This document shows positions 36,171-45,905 of a stretch of 64,000 nucleotides of DNA, one piece after another. The first letter of the stretch is position 1; each line of letters begins with the position of its first letter. The position numbers and the translations under genes are program-made. The DNA lies in contig NZ_PZOX01000005.1 of the NCBI RefSeq assembly GCF_003044305.1, positions 451,493 through 515,492 on the forward strand, in the 5' to 3' direction. The notes below the pieces were generated by a model that saw nothing but the letters and a program-made list of their open reading frames with translations, ran no database searches and was not told the origin of the DNA. This stretch comes from Vitiosangium sp. GDMCC 1.1324 (lineage in GTDB: Bacteria > Myxococcota > Myxococcia > Myxococcales > Myxococcaceae).

Positions 36171-36711
36171 CAAAGAGCGCGGAGCCAAGCAACGTCTTGG
36201 CGCGCGCCACCAGTCGCGAGCGATCCTGGGCGGGAACGGCCAGCATGCCCCCCTCGATCATCGCCCAGCTGCACACGAAATCGTCGAGCGTCACACCCGG
36301 CCGCACGAGTCCCTGCGCTCGCGCCGCCTCCACCGGCCCGGCGAGCAGGCCGCGCAACTGCTGGTTCAGTTGTTCGAGGGCTGTCCTCCCTGCTTCCGTG
36401 GATGCCAGGTACGGGTGCAATCCCGGGATGGCGCTCAAGGTGTCAGCGATCCAGAAGAAGATCTCCTCGACGGAGCGGGCCGGGTCGGGGGCCGCGGCGA
36501 GGCGTTGTTCGATGAGGTCCACGCGGCGCTCGATCATCGCCCGGGCGAGGTGGTCGCGATCCGGGAAGTGGCGGTAGAGCGTGCCTCGCCCGACCCCGGC
36601 GCGCTCGGCGATGAGCTGGAGCGGCACGTGGAGGCCGTGCTCACGGAAGACCTGTTCGCCCGCCTCGAGGAGAAGTTCGCGGTTGCGTTGAGCGTCCTGT
36701 CGTTGCGTCAC
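36106..36711 (-). CDS. TetR family transcriptional regulator
   Basis: HTH ...LQLIAERAGVGRGTLYRHFPDRDHL...; GTG start (VTQRQDAQRNRELLLEAG) chosen over the upstream ATG, which would place the operators inside the gene. Confidence 0.8.
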   Translation of the reverse strand: MTQRQDAQRNRELLLEAGEQVFREHGLHVPLQLIAERAGVGRGTLYRHFPDRDHLARAMIERRVDLIEQRLAAAPDPARSVEEIFFWIADTLSAIPGLHPYLASTEAGRTALEQLNQQLRGLLAGPVEAARAQGLVRPGVTLDDFVCSWAMIEGGMLAVPAQDRSRLVARAKTLLGSALFVRASGHPSGRPVRAPPSPGGL

Positions 36712-36730
36712 GCCCAGGAGTGTACCCCAC

Positions 36731-36794
36731 GAAATGGACACCCATGTCCGCTTCGTGGTATGGCGCTTCCAGAAACGGACATCCATGTCCGCTT
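36731..36794. promoter_or_regulatory. two copies of a 23-bp operator-like repeat, each with the 14-bp palindrome GGACAyCCATGTCC, between tetR and the divergent SDR gene
   Basis: aaatGGACAcCCATGTCCgcttc (36731-36753) and aaacGGACAtCCATGTCCgcttc (36772-36794). Confidence 0.55.
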
Positions 36795-36833
36795 CTCCGG
36801 AGAAACAACCCTACGCCCAGGGAGACCCGCCCC

Positions 36834-37658
36834 ATGACCGCACCGCACAAGGACGTCATCGTCATCACTGGCCTCGGCGGCATGGGCCTCGCCACCGCCC
36901 GCCGCCTCGGCTCCGGCCGCCAGCTCGTCCTCGCTGACTACGCCCAGGAGCTCCTCGACCGCGTCGCCGACACCCTCCGCGGCGAAGGCCACACCGTCCA
37001 CCCCCTCCGCGTCGACGTCTCCGACCCGCGGTCCGTCGAACGGCTCGCCCAGCACGCAGGTGCCCTCGGCTCGCTCCGCGCTGTCGTGCACACCGCCGGC
37101 GTCTCCCCCGTGCAGGCCAGCCCCGAGCGGGTCGTGCAGGTGGACGTCCTCGGCACCGCCCACGTCCTCGATGCCTTCCTCCCCTTCGTGACGCTCGGCA
37201 GTGTCGCCGTGTGCATCGCCTCGATGGCCGGTGCGATGGTCCCCCTCCCCCCCGAGGCCGAACGGGCCCTCGCCACCACCCCCACGAGCGAGCTCGCGGG
37301 GCTCCTCATGCTCGACCCCAAGAAGCTCGATTCCGGCGCCGCCTACAGCGTGGCGAAGCGCGCGAACCAGTTGCGCGTCCAGGCGGCGTCGATTCCGTGG
37401 GGGCGGCGGGGCGGCCGGGTGGTCAGCGTCAGCCCGGGCATCATCTCCACCCCGATGGGTCAGGCGGAGTTGCAGGGCCCTCACGCAGAGGCCATGCGCG
37501 GCATGATTCAAGCGTCCGGCACGGGGCGCATCGGCACCCCGGACGACATCGCCAGCGCCGTCGAGTTCCTGATCAGCCCTCGGGCGTCATTCATCACCGG
37601 CACCGACCTCCTCGTCGACGGCGGCGCCGTCGCCGCGGCGCGCTACGCCCGGCCGTAG
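36834..37658 (+). CDS. SDR family oxidoreductase
   Basis: ITGLGGMGLATARRLG (Rossmann); catalytic YSVAK; start at MTAPHKDVIVITG. Confidence 0.8.
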   Translation: MTAPHKDVIVITGLGGMGLATARRLGSGRQLVLADYAQELLDRVADTLRGEGHTVHPLRVDVSDPRSVERLAQHAGALGSLRAVVHTAGVSPVQASPERVVQVDVLGTAHVLDAFLPFVTLGSVAVCIASMAGAMVPLPPEAERALATTPTSELAGLLMLDPKKLDSGAAYSVAKRANQLRVQAASIPWGRRGGRVVSVSPGIISTPMGQAELQGPHAEAMRGMIQASGTGRIGTPDDIASAVEFLISPRASFITGTDLLVDGGAVAAARYARP

Positions 37659-37766
37659 CGCATCCCTTCCACGAACCCCATCAGGAGCATTTCCATCAAG
37701 GGAGCCCCCCATGAGGGTGGGGAGGCTCACCGGCCGATGCCCCTTATCGGACTTCCCTGAAGCAGG

Positions 37767-39392
37767 TCAGAACTTGAAGTTCCCGCCATCCAGCGTCGTG
37801 GAGCTGCCGCAGGCCGCCGTGGTGGCCTCGCGGTTGCCGCTGGAGGTGGAGGCGTTGCTCTCCCACACGGCCGTGCTGCCGTTGTACTTGACGAACTTGT
37901 ACTGGATGGCGGTGGAGGGGCTGAGCTGCACCGTGCCGCTCCAGGTGACGTTGGCGCCCGAGCCCTGGATGGTCAGCTTGAAGCCGTTGGCCGGAGTCCA
38001 ATTGCCCAGCTGCGACTGGTTGCCCACCACGTAGAGATCCTGCCCGAACGTGGTGTTCGCGTTGCTGATGCTGAAGGTCACGGGCACCGTGGTGCACGTA
38101 CCACCGCCCCCTCCGGTTCCACTCGTCCACACCGCATAGTTGGACCCCGACGCGGCCTGCGTCCAGCCGGTGCCCGGGCTCCAGGAGTTGGGGCCGATCT
38201 TCACCGCCGTGTTGCCGTTGATGATGGCCGCGTAGAGGCCCGTCTCGGCGACCTGGATGGCCACCGTGGAGGTCGAGGTGATGCCCTGGGCCTTGCGCAC
38301 GTCCATCAGCGCCTTGATCTGCGCCTTGAGGCCCCAGTCGTAGATGTGCGGGTAGTAGACCGAGGGGATACCCGGATGCGTCAGCACGTAGGCATAGCCC
38401 TGCATCACCTTGTCACAGGGCACCGGCCAGTGGTTCTGCCCGTTGCCACAGGACTCGCTCGGGCCGGTGTCGTGGTTGTCCACGAACGTCACGGACTTCT
38501 GCGCCCACCAGCCGATGGCCCCCGCCGGCTTGCCCGCGGAGTCCTTCAGCCGCCCGTACTCGTTGTTGGCCAGCGCCTGGTTGAGCAGACCCTTGGTGGT
38601 GAAGTCGAACGCGCCGCACGTCCCCTGCGTCCCGTCGATCCAGTTCATCAACTGCTGACGGTGCGCATCCACGTTGTTGTAGTCGAGGTTCGTCCAGATC
38701 TCGCCGACACAGAAGTCCGGCTGCATGGCGTCCTGGTAGAGCTTCGCGTAGCTGGGGGCATAGCCCTTGGAATAGTCAAAGCGGATGCCACTGAAGCCCA
38801 CGCCCTTGAGCCGGCTGGACAGCCAGTTCTTGAGGTCCGTCTGGACGACGGAGTTGCTGTGATCCAGGTCCCGGGCGGCGCTGTAGCCATCTCCCGAGTC
38901 CGCGGCGCCCGTGGAGCAATTGCACTCATCGCCCGCGGCGATGGAGGACGTGCCCCAGGACGGATTGGTGAAGTCATACCAACCGGTCGACCCCACGCGG
39001 TGGTTGATCACCACGTCCGCCACCGACTTGATGCCAGCGTTGGAGAAGGCGGTGATGGCGTTCTTCAGGTCGGTCTCGCTGCCGTAGCTGGAGTTGAGGA
39101 CGTTGAGCTGGCGCGGCAGGTAGCCCTGCGTGGAGGCCGCGTCGGAGGGCGGCGGGAGCCACACGTGGGTGAAACCCATGGCGCCCAGGTCGCTCGCCTT
39201 GCCCTGCAGGACGTTGTACCAGTTGGGGTTGGAGTAGCTGGCCGAGTTCCAATGAAAACCCTGCACCAGGATGGCCGTGCTGGCCTGGGTCTGCTGGGTG
39301 GCCGCGGCGGCCTCTCGGGCCGGAACCAGACAGGCCAGCGCCAGCGCGGCGTACGACATCCACTTCGAATGGTTCATCTTCTTGTTTCTCAT
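37767..39392 (-). CDS. secreted alpha-amylase (GH13) with C-terminal CBM20 starch-binding domain
   Basis: Signal peptide. GFTHVWLPPP, DVVINHR, GIRFDYSKG, FVDNHDT (GH13 regions I-IV). C-terminal VTFSISNANTTFGQDLYVVGN...LGNW...QYKFVKYNGSTAVWESN (CBM20). Confidence 0.85.
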   Translation of the reverse strand: MRNKKMNHSKWMSYAALALACLVPAREAAAATQQTQASTAILVQGFHWNSASYSNPNWYNVLQGKASDLGAMGFTHVWLPPPSDAASTQGYLPRQLNVLNSSYGSETDLKNAITAFSNAGIKSVADVVINHRVGSTGWYDFTNPSWGTSSIAAGDECNCSTGAADSGDGYSAARDLDHSNSVVQTDLKNWLSSRLKGVGFSGIRFDYSKGYAPSYAKLYQDAMQPDFCVGEIWTNLDYNNVDAHRQQLMNWIDGTQGTCGAFDFTTKGLLNQALANNEYGRLKDSAGKPAGAIGWWAQKSVTFVDNHDTGPSESCGNGQNHWPVPCDKVMQGYAYVLTHPGIPSVYYPHIYDWGLKAQIKALMDVRKAQGITSTSTVAIQVAETGLYAAIINGNTAVKIGPNSWSPGTGWTQAASGSNYAVWTSGTGGGGGTCTTVPVTFSISNANTTFGQDLYVVGNQSQLGNWTPANGFKLTIQGSGANVTWSGTVQLSPSTAIQYKFVKYNGSTAVWESNASTSSGNREATTAACGSSTTLDGGNFKF

Positions 39393-39483
39393 CGGTGGGG
39401 GGGTCCGAGGGCGAGGGGTCCCCTTCAACCACTTTCGCCGTGTATGACTTGATTTCCTCACTATCGGTGAAGTCAAGGAGCGG

Positions 39484-39603
39484 TGCGGCATCCCGGTGAG
39501 AGACTCGAGACCGGCTCGCGCCGCCCGGAGACCGGCTGGCGACAAGCACATGGAGCCGTGGAGGACCGGGACCCATCCTGGCGCTCCAGGAGGGACCATG
39601 AAC
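39484..39603 (+). repeat. Repeat B copy 2, provides SD and start codon of the acyltransferase gene
   Basis: See repeat B copy 1; two perfect GAGACCGGCT direct repeats 21 bp apart. Confidence 0.8.
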
Positions 39604-40770
39604 CCGATACCGAAACCCGCCATCGAGCGCCGCCCGGACCTGGACTGGCTCCGGGTGGTGGCGATCCTGCTGCTCCACCTCTTCCACACCGGAATGATGT
39701 TCAACTCCTGGGACTGGCACCTGAAGGCCCCCGAGCTCCTGCCCGTCCTGGAGCCCCCCATGGAGCTCCTGCACCACGTGCGCATGCCCCTGCTGATGCT
39801 CATCTCGGGGGCGGTCACGGCCGTGGCCCTGAGACGGCGGGGAGTCGGGGCGTTCGTGTGGGACCGGACGAAGCGCCTGCTGTGGCCGCTCGTCTTCGGC
39901 ATCTTCGTCATCGTCCCGCCGCAGATCTACGCCGAGCGCCTCTTCCGGGGCACCTTCCACGGCGGCTATCTGGACTTCTACCCGTCCGTCTTCCAGTTCG
40001 TGTCCTACCCCGCGGGCAGCTTCAGCTGGCACCACCTCTGGTTCGTGGCCTACCTCTTCGTCTACTGCCTCCTGGCCGCGCCCCTGTTCGCATGGCTGGA
40101 GACGACTCGAGGCCGGGCCTGCTTCGAGCGCGCCGAGGAGTGGCTCGCGCGGGGATGGAACCTCTGGCTCCTCTTTCTGCCCCTGGCCCTGGGCCGCATC
40201 CTGCTGCGGCGCTTCCCCGAGACGCACGCGCTCACCGACGACCCCAACACCTTCGTCTACTACGGCCTGCTCTTCCTGCTCGGGCACCTGCTCGGCCGAG
40301 GCTCCCGGCTCCAGGAGCGGCTGGTGGTCATGCGCCAGCGTTCCCTGGCAATCTTCGGGGTGCTCTTCGCGCTCATGGTGCCGCCCTCCGAGTACCCCTT
40401 CCCCTTCGAGCACCTCGGCACCTACGCCTTCGTGTGGTGCCTGCTGCTCACTGCCCTCGGCTACGCGCGAGCCCACATCACCACGCGCAGCGCCTGGGTG
40501 ACGTACGCCCAGGAGCTCGCCTATCCGTTCTACATCCTCCACCAGACCGTCATCGTGCTCGTGGGCTTCATGCTCCTGCGGCCAGCCGTGGGCCCGTGGA
40601 CCCGCTTCGGACTGGTGCTCACCCTGTCCTTCCTCGTCACCTGGGCACTCTGCGAGGGCGTGAAGCGCGTGTCCTGGCTCCGCCCCTGCTTCGGCATGGC
40701 AGGCCGGAAGCCGGTGGCGCCGGGAGCGGTTCCCTCCCCGAGTCCCCTCGAGGCGAAGTCCGGAGTCTGA
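39598..40770 (+). CDS. acyltransferase family 3 (OpgC-like) membrane protein
   Basis: MNPIPKPAIERRPDLDWLRVVAILLLHLFH...; ~10 TM helices. Confidence 0.8.
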   Translation: MNPIPKPAIERRPDLDWLRVVAILLLHLFHTGMMFNSWDWHLKAPELLPVLEPPMELLHHVRMPLLMLISGAVTAVALRRRGVGAFVWDRTKRLLWPLVFGIFVIVPPQIYAERLFRGTFHGGYLDFYPSVFQFVSYPAGSFSWHHLWFVAYLFVYCLLAAPLFAWLETTRGRACFERAEEWLARGWNLWLLFLPLALGRILLRRFPETHALTDDPNTFVYYGLLFLLGHLLGRGSRLQERLVVMRQRSLAIFGVLFALMVPPSEYPFPFEHLGTYAFVWCLLLTALGYARAHITTRSAWVTYAQELAYPFYILHQTVIVLVGFMLLRPAVGPWTRFGLVLTLSFLVTWALCEGVKRVSWLRPCFGMAGRKPVAPGAVPSPSPLEAKSGV

Positions 40771-40776
40771 GTCCCC

Positions 40777-41949
40777 ATGGAAGCCACCCCCACGCGCCAG
40801 CCCGCACTGGAGTCCCGCCCCTGGCGCTGGCCGAACATCCGTCCGCGCCCGGCCCTGGCGTTGCTCGGGTTCGGCGTGACCGTGGGCCTCTGGCTGGGCA
40901 GCACGGTGTGGCTCACCCTGAGGGCGGACGGCAGCACGGTGCCCTGGACCCGCCCCTTCCTGTGGGAGCTCACCGGGGCCCTCAGCGCCCTCCCGCTGCT
41001 GCCCATCCAGCTGACCGCCGTGCTGAACGCCCCGAGTCCCCGTGCCTCGGGGGAGAACCGTGGCGCGGCGTGGGGGCGCTTCCTCGGCATCCACCTGGGC
41101 GCCTTCCTGCTCTACACCTCCCTGCACATCCTCTTGATGGTGGGCTCCCGGCACCTGCTCTACTCGCTCCTGGGATGGGGCTCCTACAACTACGGGCTCC
41201 TGGGCTTCCGGGTGCCCATGGAGGTCCAGAAGGATCTGATCGTCTACGGGCTCTCCTACACGGGCCTCACCCTCTACGGTGCCTGGAAGGAGCGCCAGGA
41301 GAACGCCCTGCGCGAGGCCCGGCTCGAAGGACAGCTCAAGGCCGCCCAGCTCCGCGCGCTCATGGGCCAGCTCAACCCGCACTTCCTCTTCAACGCGCTC
41401 AACACCATCAGCTCCGTGATGTACGAGGACCTGGCGAAGACGGACCGGCTCCTGAGCGACCTCGGGCTGCTGCTGCGCGAGAGCCTCGAGCGCGGCACGG
41501 GCCCCACCTGGCCGCTCGCCGACGAGCGCAAGCACACCGAGCGGTTCCTCGCGCTGATGCAGGCCCGCTTCGGTGAGCGGCTCCGCGTCCGCTGGGAGCT
41601 GGAGCCCGGTCTGGAGCCCCTCCCCGTCCCCCGCTTCGCGCTGCAGCTCCTGGTGGAGAACGCCCTCAAGCACAACCAGGAGCAGCTCACCGGGCTGGAG
41701 GTCCGGCTCCGGGCCCGGAGCGAGTCCGGCGCCCTGCTGCTGGAGGTCGAGGACACCGGACGGGGCCTCGCGCGCCCCTCCCCGGCGACACACGGCTCCG
41801 GCCTCGGCCTCACCGGGCTCCGGCAGGCGCTGGAGCTGCTCCATGGTCCCGAGGGCCACCTGGAGCTGGGCGCGGGCCCCGAGGGTGGCGCCCGCGTCCG
41901 CATCCGGGTGCCCCTCTCGCGGACCCGTTCCGAGGAGGCCCTGCCATGA
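40777..41949 (+). CDS. sensor histidine kinase, LytS/YehU family
   Basis: N-terminal TM domain; QLNPHFLFNALNTISSVM (His_kinase); HATPase GLGL. Confidence 0.8.
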   Translation: MEATPTRQPALESRPWRWPNIRPRPALALLGFGVTVGLWLGSTVWLTLRADGSTVPWTRPFLWELTGALSALPLLPIQLTAVLNAPSPRASGENRGAAWGRFLGIHLGAFLLYTSLHILLMVGSRHLLYSLLGWGSYNYGLLGFRVPMEVQKDLIVYGLSYTGLTLYGAWKERQENALREARLEGQLKAAQLRALMGQLNPHFLFNALNTISSVMYEDLAKTDRLLSDLGLLLRESLERGTGPTWPLADERKHTERFLALMQARFGERLRVRWELEPGLEPLPVPRFALQLLVENALKHNQEQLTGLEVRLRARSESGALLLEVEDTGRGLARPSPATHGSGLGLTGLRQALELLHGPEGHLELGAGPEGGARVRIRVPLSRTRSEEALP

Positions 41950-42716
41950 CGACTCCCCTCTCCGTGCTCGTGGTGGATGACGAGGCCCCTGCCCGGGCCA
42001 AGGTGAAGCGCTTCCTCGCGGAGGATGAGCGATTCTCCCTCGCCGGAGAGGCCCAGGACGGCGCCGAGGCGCTCGCACGCATCGAGGTGCTGAAGCCACA
42101 CCTGGTGCTGCTCGACATCCAGATGCCAGGGCTCACCGGGTTCGAGGTGTTGGAGGCCCTGGGGCCCGAGCGCTGCCCCGAGGTCATCTTCTCGACGGCC
42201 TATGATCAGTTCGCCCTGAAGGCCTTCGACGCCCACGCCGTGGACTACCTGCTCAAGCCCTACGACGCCGAGCGATTCCGGAAGGCCCTGGACAAGGCCT
42301 GGACCCGGCTCGACGGGGGGCGTACCGACACGGAGCGCCTGAAGGCGCTGCTCTCCAGCCTGGAACCAGGCCGGGAAAAACCCCTGGAGCGCCTGCTGGT
42401 GAAGACCGGGGAGGCCTGGATCGCCCTGCGCGTGGACCGGGTGAGCCGCTTCTCCGCCGAGGACAAGTACGTGCGCGTCTTCTCCGACGAGGGCGAGCAC
42501 CTGGTGCGCCAGACGCTCAAGCACCTCGAGGAGCGCCTGGACCCGCGGCGCTTCGTGCGCGTCCACCGCAGCGAGCTCATCCAGTTCGACGCCGTGGTCC
42601 GGCTGGAGCCCTGGAGCCATGGCGATGGCCTGCTGATGCTCCGGGACGGCAGCTCCGTGGTGCTCAGCCGCACCTACCGGGAGGCCTTCCTGGAGCGGTG
42701 GGGCGTGGAGGGGTAG
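41946..42716 (+). CDS. LytTR-family response regulator
   Basis: REC domain (VLVVDDEAPAR...LLDIQMPGLTGFEV) plus LytTR DNA-binding domain; ATGA overlap with the kinase gene. Confidence 0.85.
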   Translation: MTTPLSVLVVDDEAPARAKVKRFLAEDERFSLAGEAQDGAEALARIEVLKPHLVLLDIQMPGLTGFEVLEALGPERCPEVIFSTAYDQFALKAFDAHAVDYLLKPYDAERFRKALDKAWTRLDGGRTDTERLKALLSSLEPGREKPLERLLVKTGEAWIALRVDRVSRFSAEDKYVRVFSDEGEHLVRQTLKHLEERLDPRRFVRVHRSELIQFDAVVRLEPWSHGDGLLMLRDGSSVVLSRTYREAFLERWGVEG

Positions 42717-43142
42717 GCTCCCTCAAGCCCCAGAAAAGACCGCGGCCCGCTCCCCGATGCCCCCCGGCATCAAGAAGCGGGCCACGTAGAATCCCGCGTG
42801 CCCCCCCGGACCTCGCGGGAATCGGAGGCGCCTCCCCCCTTTGCACTGCAAGGCGCCTCCTGGAGGTTTTCGGATTCCGCAGTGCAAGCCCCCTCGCTCG
42901 ACGGAACCGTCCCCCGTGTTCTGAAAGCACCTTCTCACGAGTCCGCCGCCGAGGCTGTGAGCCGGCTCACTCGCCCGCTGTGAAATGTTTCACACCCCCC
43001 GCCCCCGCCCATACCCCCTGTACAGGCAGGCAGGCCCTCTCGCGAGGCGCTCGCACGCGGAGCCCCACTCCACGCTTCGGTGGATCGCGGTGGGTGCGCT
43101 ACCGTTCGGTTCCCGGACGCTCTTCTTCCCCCTGGAAGGCAC

Positions 43143-45440
43143 ATGCCGCGTACCCTGCTCACGAGTTTCGCCCTGGCCTTCGGCCTCGTCGCCTTGACCG
43201 CGTCGGCGGCGGAGCCCCCCCCCACCGCCCTCCCCTCCCGCGAAGAGCGCCTGGATCGACTGGCCCGGTTGTGGGGACAGGTGCGTTACCGCCACCCCTA
43301 CCTGGCCTACAAGGACATCGACTGGGACGCCGCGCTCGTGGCCGCCATCCCCCGGGTGGAGGCCGCCAAGGACCGGGCCGCCTACGCCACGGCCGTGCAG
43401 GACATGCTGGAGGAGCTGAGAGATCCGGCCACCCGCATCCTGCGCCCCGACGAGCAGCAGGAGGCCACGCAGAAGGCGCCGACGGCCCCGGTCCGCGACC
43501 TGCGCAGCTGGGAGGCCAAGGACGTGCTCGTGCTGGACCTGCGAGCCGCCCAGCAGCCGGCGGCCCTGGCGCTCCTGCGCGGCAAGTCCGAGGAGCTGCG
43601 CCCGGACCTCGCGAAGGCCAAGGCCGTCATCGTCGATCTGCGCGCCCGGGGCGTGGACGAGCGCACCACCTGGTCCATGAATGACCTGCTCGGCAAGGTG
43701 CTCCCGCTCTTGCTGACCCAGGAGCTCCAGGTTCCGGGAGAGCGCTCGGTGTACCACTCGGGCTACCGCCCGCAGTCCGGTGGCAGCAGCGGCGGTTACG
43801 CCATGTCGTTCCTCACCTCGGCGGGCGAGCTCATCTCCCCTCAGGGAGAGGGAAAGGCTCGCCCGGTCATCTTCCTGCTGGATGACAAATCCTATGCGGA
43901 TCCCCGCGTCCTCACCATGAAGGCCCAGGGGCAGGCGCAGATCGTCACCGAGGGACGGCTGGACGACGGGGCGGCGGTGCAGAAGACGCGGGTGGAGCTC
44001 GGCGGCGGGCTGACGGCGGTGGTGCGGCTGAGCGAGCTCGGCATCCCCCTGCGCGCGGACGCGGTGCTGCCCAAGCGCGCGCGCTCGGAGGGCAAGGATG
44101 ACACGCTCCAGAAGGCGCTCGAGCTGGCGCGCAAACCGGCGAAGAAGGGCAAGGCGCGCGAGCTCGACCTGCCCCCGGCCCGGTGGCAAGCGGACCGCAA
44201 GTACGAGGACATGCTCTACCCGAAGCGCGAGTACCGCCTGCTCGCGCTCTTCCGGCTGTGGAACGTCATCCAGTTCTTCTACCCGTACAAGCACCTGATG
44301 GACCGGGACTGGGACGGCACGCTGGCCACGTTCCTGCCGAAGTTCGAGAAGGCGAAGGACGCCGCGGAGTACGCGCTCGCGGTGGCGGAGATGAGCACGC
44401 TCATCCAGGACGGGCACACGGGCCTGCGCGGCCACCCCGAGCTGGAGAAGCGGGGCCTCGCCGGCGTGGGCGCGCCCTTCGAGCTGATGGAGATCGAGGG
44501 CCAGCCGGTGGTGGTGGGCATCCGGGACGCGGAGGCGGCTCCGGGGCTCGCACCGGGCCAGGTGGTCGAGACGATCGACGGCAAGCCCCTCGCGGAGCGG
44601 GTGGAGGCGCTGAAGCCCTATGTCACGGCCTCGCACCCCGTGCACCTGCGGCACATGCTGCTGGCGCGGGCCATGATGGGGCCCGAGGGCTCCCAGGCAA
44701 CGCTGGGCGTGCGTGACGCCGCGGGGCAGCCCAAGCAGGTGCGCTTCACCCGGAGCGTGAAGTCGTTCCAGAAGCCCCGGCAGGGCGAGGCCTGGCGCGT
44801 GTTGCCGGACAACATCGGCTACGTGGACCTGACGCGCCTGCAGGTGCCCGAGGTGGCGGGCATGTTCGAGAAGCTGAAGAACACGAAGGCGATCGTGTTC
44901 GACATGCGCGGCTATCCGAAGGGGACGGCCTGGAGCATCGTGCCGTACCTCAACACGCGCAAGGCGCGCTACGGGGCGGTGTTCGAGCGCAACGTCATCA
45001 CCGCGGTGTCCGAGGAAGAGGCGAATGGGCGGTACAAGTTCTTCCAGGAGCTGCCCAAGGCCGACGTTCCCTTCCTGTACCGCGGCCGGACGGTGATGCT
45101 CATCGACGAGCGGGCCATCAGCCAGTCCGAGCACTCGGGCCTGTTCTTCGAAGCGGCCAACGGCACCACCTTCATCGGCAGCCCCAGCGCGGGAGCCAAC
45201 GGCGACGTCACGGACCTGGTGTTGCCCGGCGGCATCACCCTGGGCTTCACCGGCCACGACGTGCGGCACCTGGACGGCCGCCAGTTGCAGAGGGTGGGTC
45301 TGCGGCCCCAGGTCTTCGTGAGGCCCACGATCCTGGGCGTGCAGGCCGGGAAGGACGAGGTGCTGGACAAGGCCCTCGAGTTCCTCAAGGGCGGCAGCAG
45401 CAGCGGCGGCGCGGCGGTGGCCGGCGACTCGGTCCGGTAG
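43143..45440 (+). CDS. secreted S41-family peptidase (tail-specific/C-terminal processing type) with PDZ
   Basis: Signal peptide MPRTLLTSFALAFGLVALTASAA; S41 core ...VFDMRGYPKG...LIDERAISQSEHSGLFFEA.... Confidence 0.7.
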   Translation: MPRTLLTSFALAFGLVALTASAAEPPPTALPSREERLDRLARLWGQVRYRHPYLAYKDIDWDAALVAAIPRVEAAKDRAAYATAVQDMLEELRDPATRILRPDEQQEATQKAPTAPVRDLRSWEAKDVLVLDLRAAQQPAALALLRGKSEELRPDLAKAKAVIVDLRARGVDERTTWSMNDLLGKVLPLLLTQELQVPGERSVYHSGYRPQSGGSSGGYAMSFLTSAGELISPQGEGKARPVIFLLDDKSYADPRVLTMKAQGQAQIVTEGRLDDGAAVQKTRVELGGGLTAVVRLSELGIPLRADAVLPKRARSEGKDDTLQKALELARKPAKKGKARELDLPPARWQADRKYEDMLYPKREYRLLALFRLWNVIQFFYPYKHLMDRDWDGTLATFLPKFEKAKDAAEYALAVAEMSTLIQDGHTGLRGHPELEKRGLAGVGAPFELMEIEGQPVVVGIRDAEAAPGLAPGQVVETIDGKPLAERVEALKPYVTASHPVHLRHMLLARAMMGPEGSQATLGVRDAAGQPKQVRFTRSVKSFQKPRQGEAWRVLPDNIGYVDLTRLQVPEVAGMFEKLKNTKAIVFDMRGYPKGTAWSIVPYLNTRKARYGAVFERNVITAVSEEEANGRYKFFQELPKADVPFLYRGRTVMLIDERAISQSEHSGLFFEAANGTTFIGSPSAGANGDVTDLVLPGGITLGFTGHDVRHLDGRQLQRVGLRPQVFVRPTILGVQAGKDEVLDKALEFLKGGSSSGGAAVAGDSVR

Positions 45441-45524
45441 CACCCGCGACGGACAGTCCACCAGGGAGGCACGGGCGCTGGTAGGGTGCCGGCGCACCGT
45501 CAACCCTACCCTGGAGGACCCGAC

Positions 45525-45887
45525 ATGCCGACCCTCATCCCCGCCCCCACGCGCATCACCGCCGCGGGCAACAAGCCCAAGCTCATCGACGAGTACGTGG
45601 GGCGGGTGAACACGAAGCAGGGCGAGCTCAGCGTCGCCCACATGCGCAGCCCCGGCGGGTGGCTGGAGCCCGGCCAGACGCCCGAGTTCCGGGAGATCAC
45701 CGTGGTCATCAAGGGCCTGCTGCGCGTGGAGCACAAGGGCGGCCACCTGGACGTGCGCGCCGGCCAGGGCGTGGTGACCGAGCCCGGGGAGTGGGTGCGC
45801 TACAGCTCTCCCGAGGCCGAGGGCGCCGAGTACATCGCCATCTGCCTCCCCGCCTTCTCGCCCGACACCGTCCACCGCGACGCGTAG
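45525..45887 (+). CDS. cupin-domain protein
   Basis: 120 aa, ...GGWLEPGQTPEFREITVVIKGLLRVEHKGG... beta-barrel pattern. Confidence 0.45.
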   Translation: MPTLIPAPTRITAAGNKPKLIDEYVGRVNTKQGELSVAHMRSPGGWLEPGQTPEFREITVVIKGLLRVEHKGGHLDVRAGQGVVTEPGEWVRYSSPEAEGAEYIAICLPAFSPDTVHRDA

Positions 45888-45905
45888 CCGCCGCGGGGCC
45901 CGGCG

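Noticed and set aside
38974-42099. 1041-aa minus-strand ORF spanning the acyltransferase, kinase and regulator genes
   Set aside because: Shadow ORF with Arg/Gly/Glu/Pro-rich composition. The three plus-strand genes have clear domain signatures.
42990-45875. 961-aa minus-strand ORF opposite the S41 peptidase gene
   Set aside because: Antisense to a gene with a signal peptide and S41 motifs, and composition is low-complexity.
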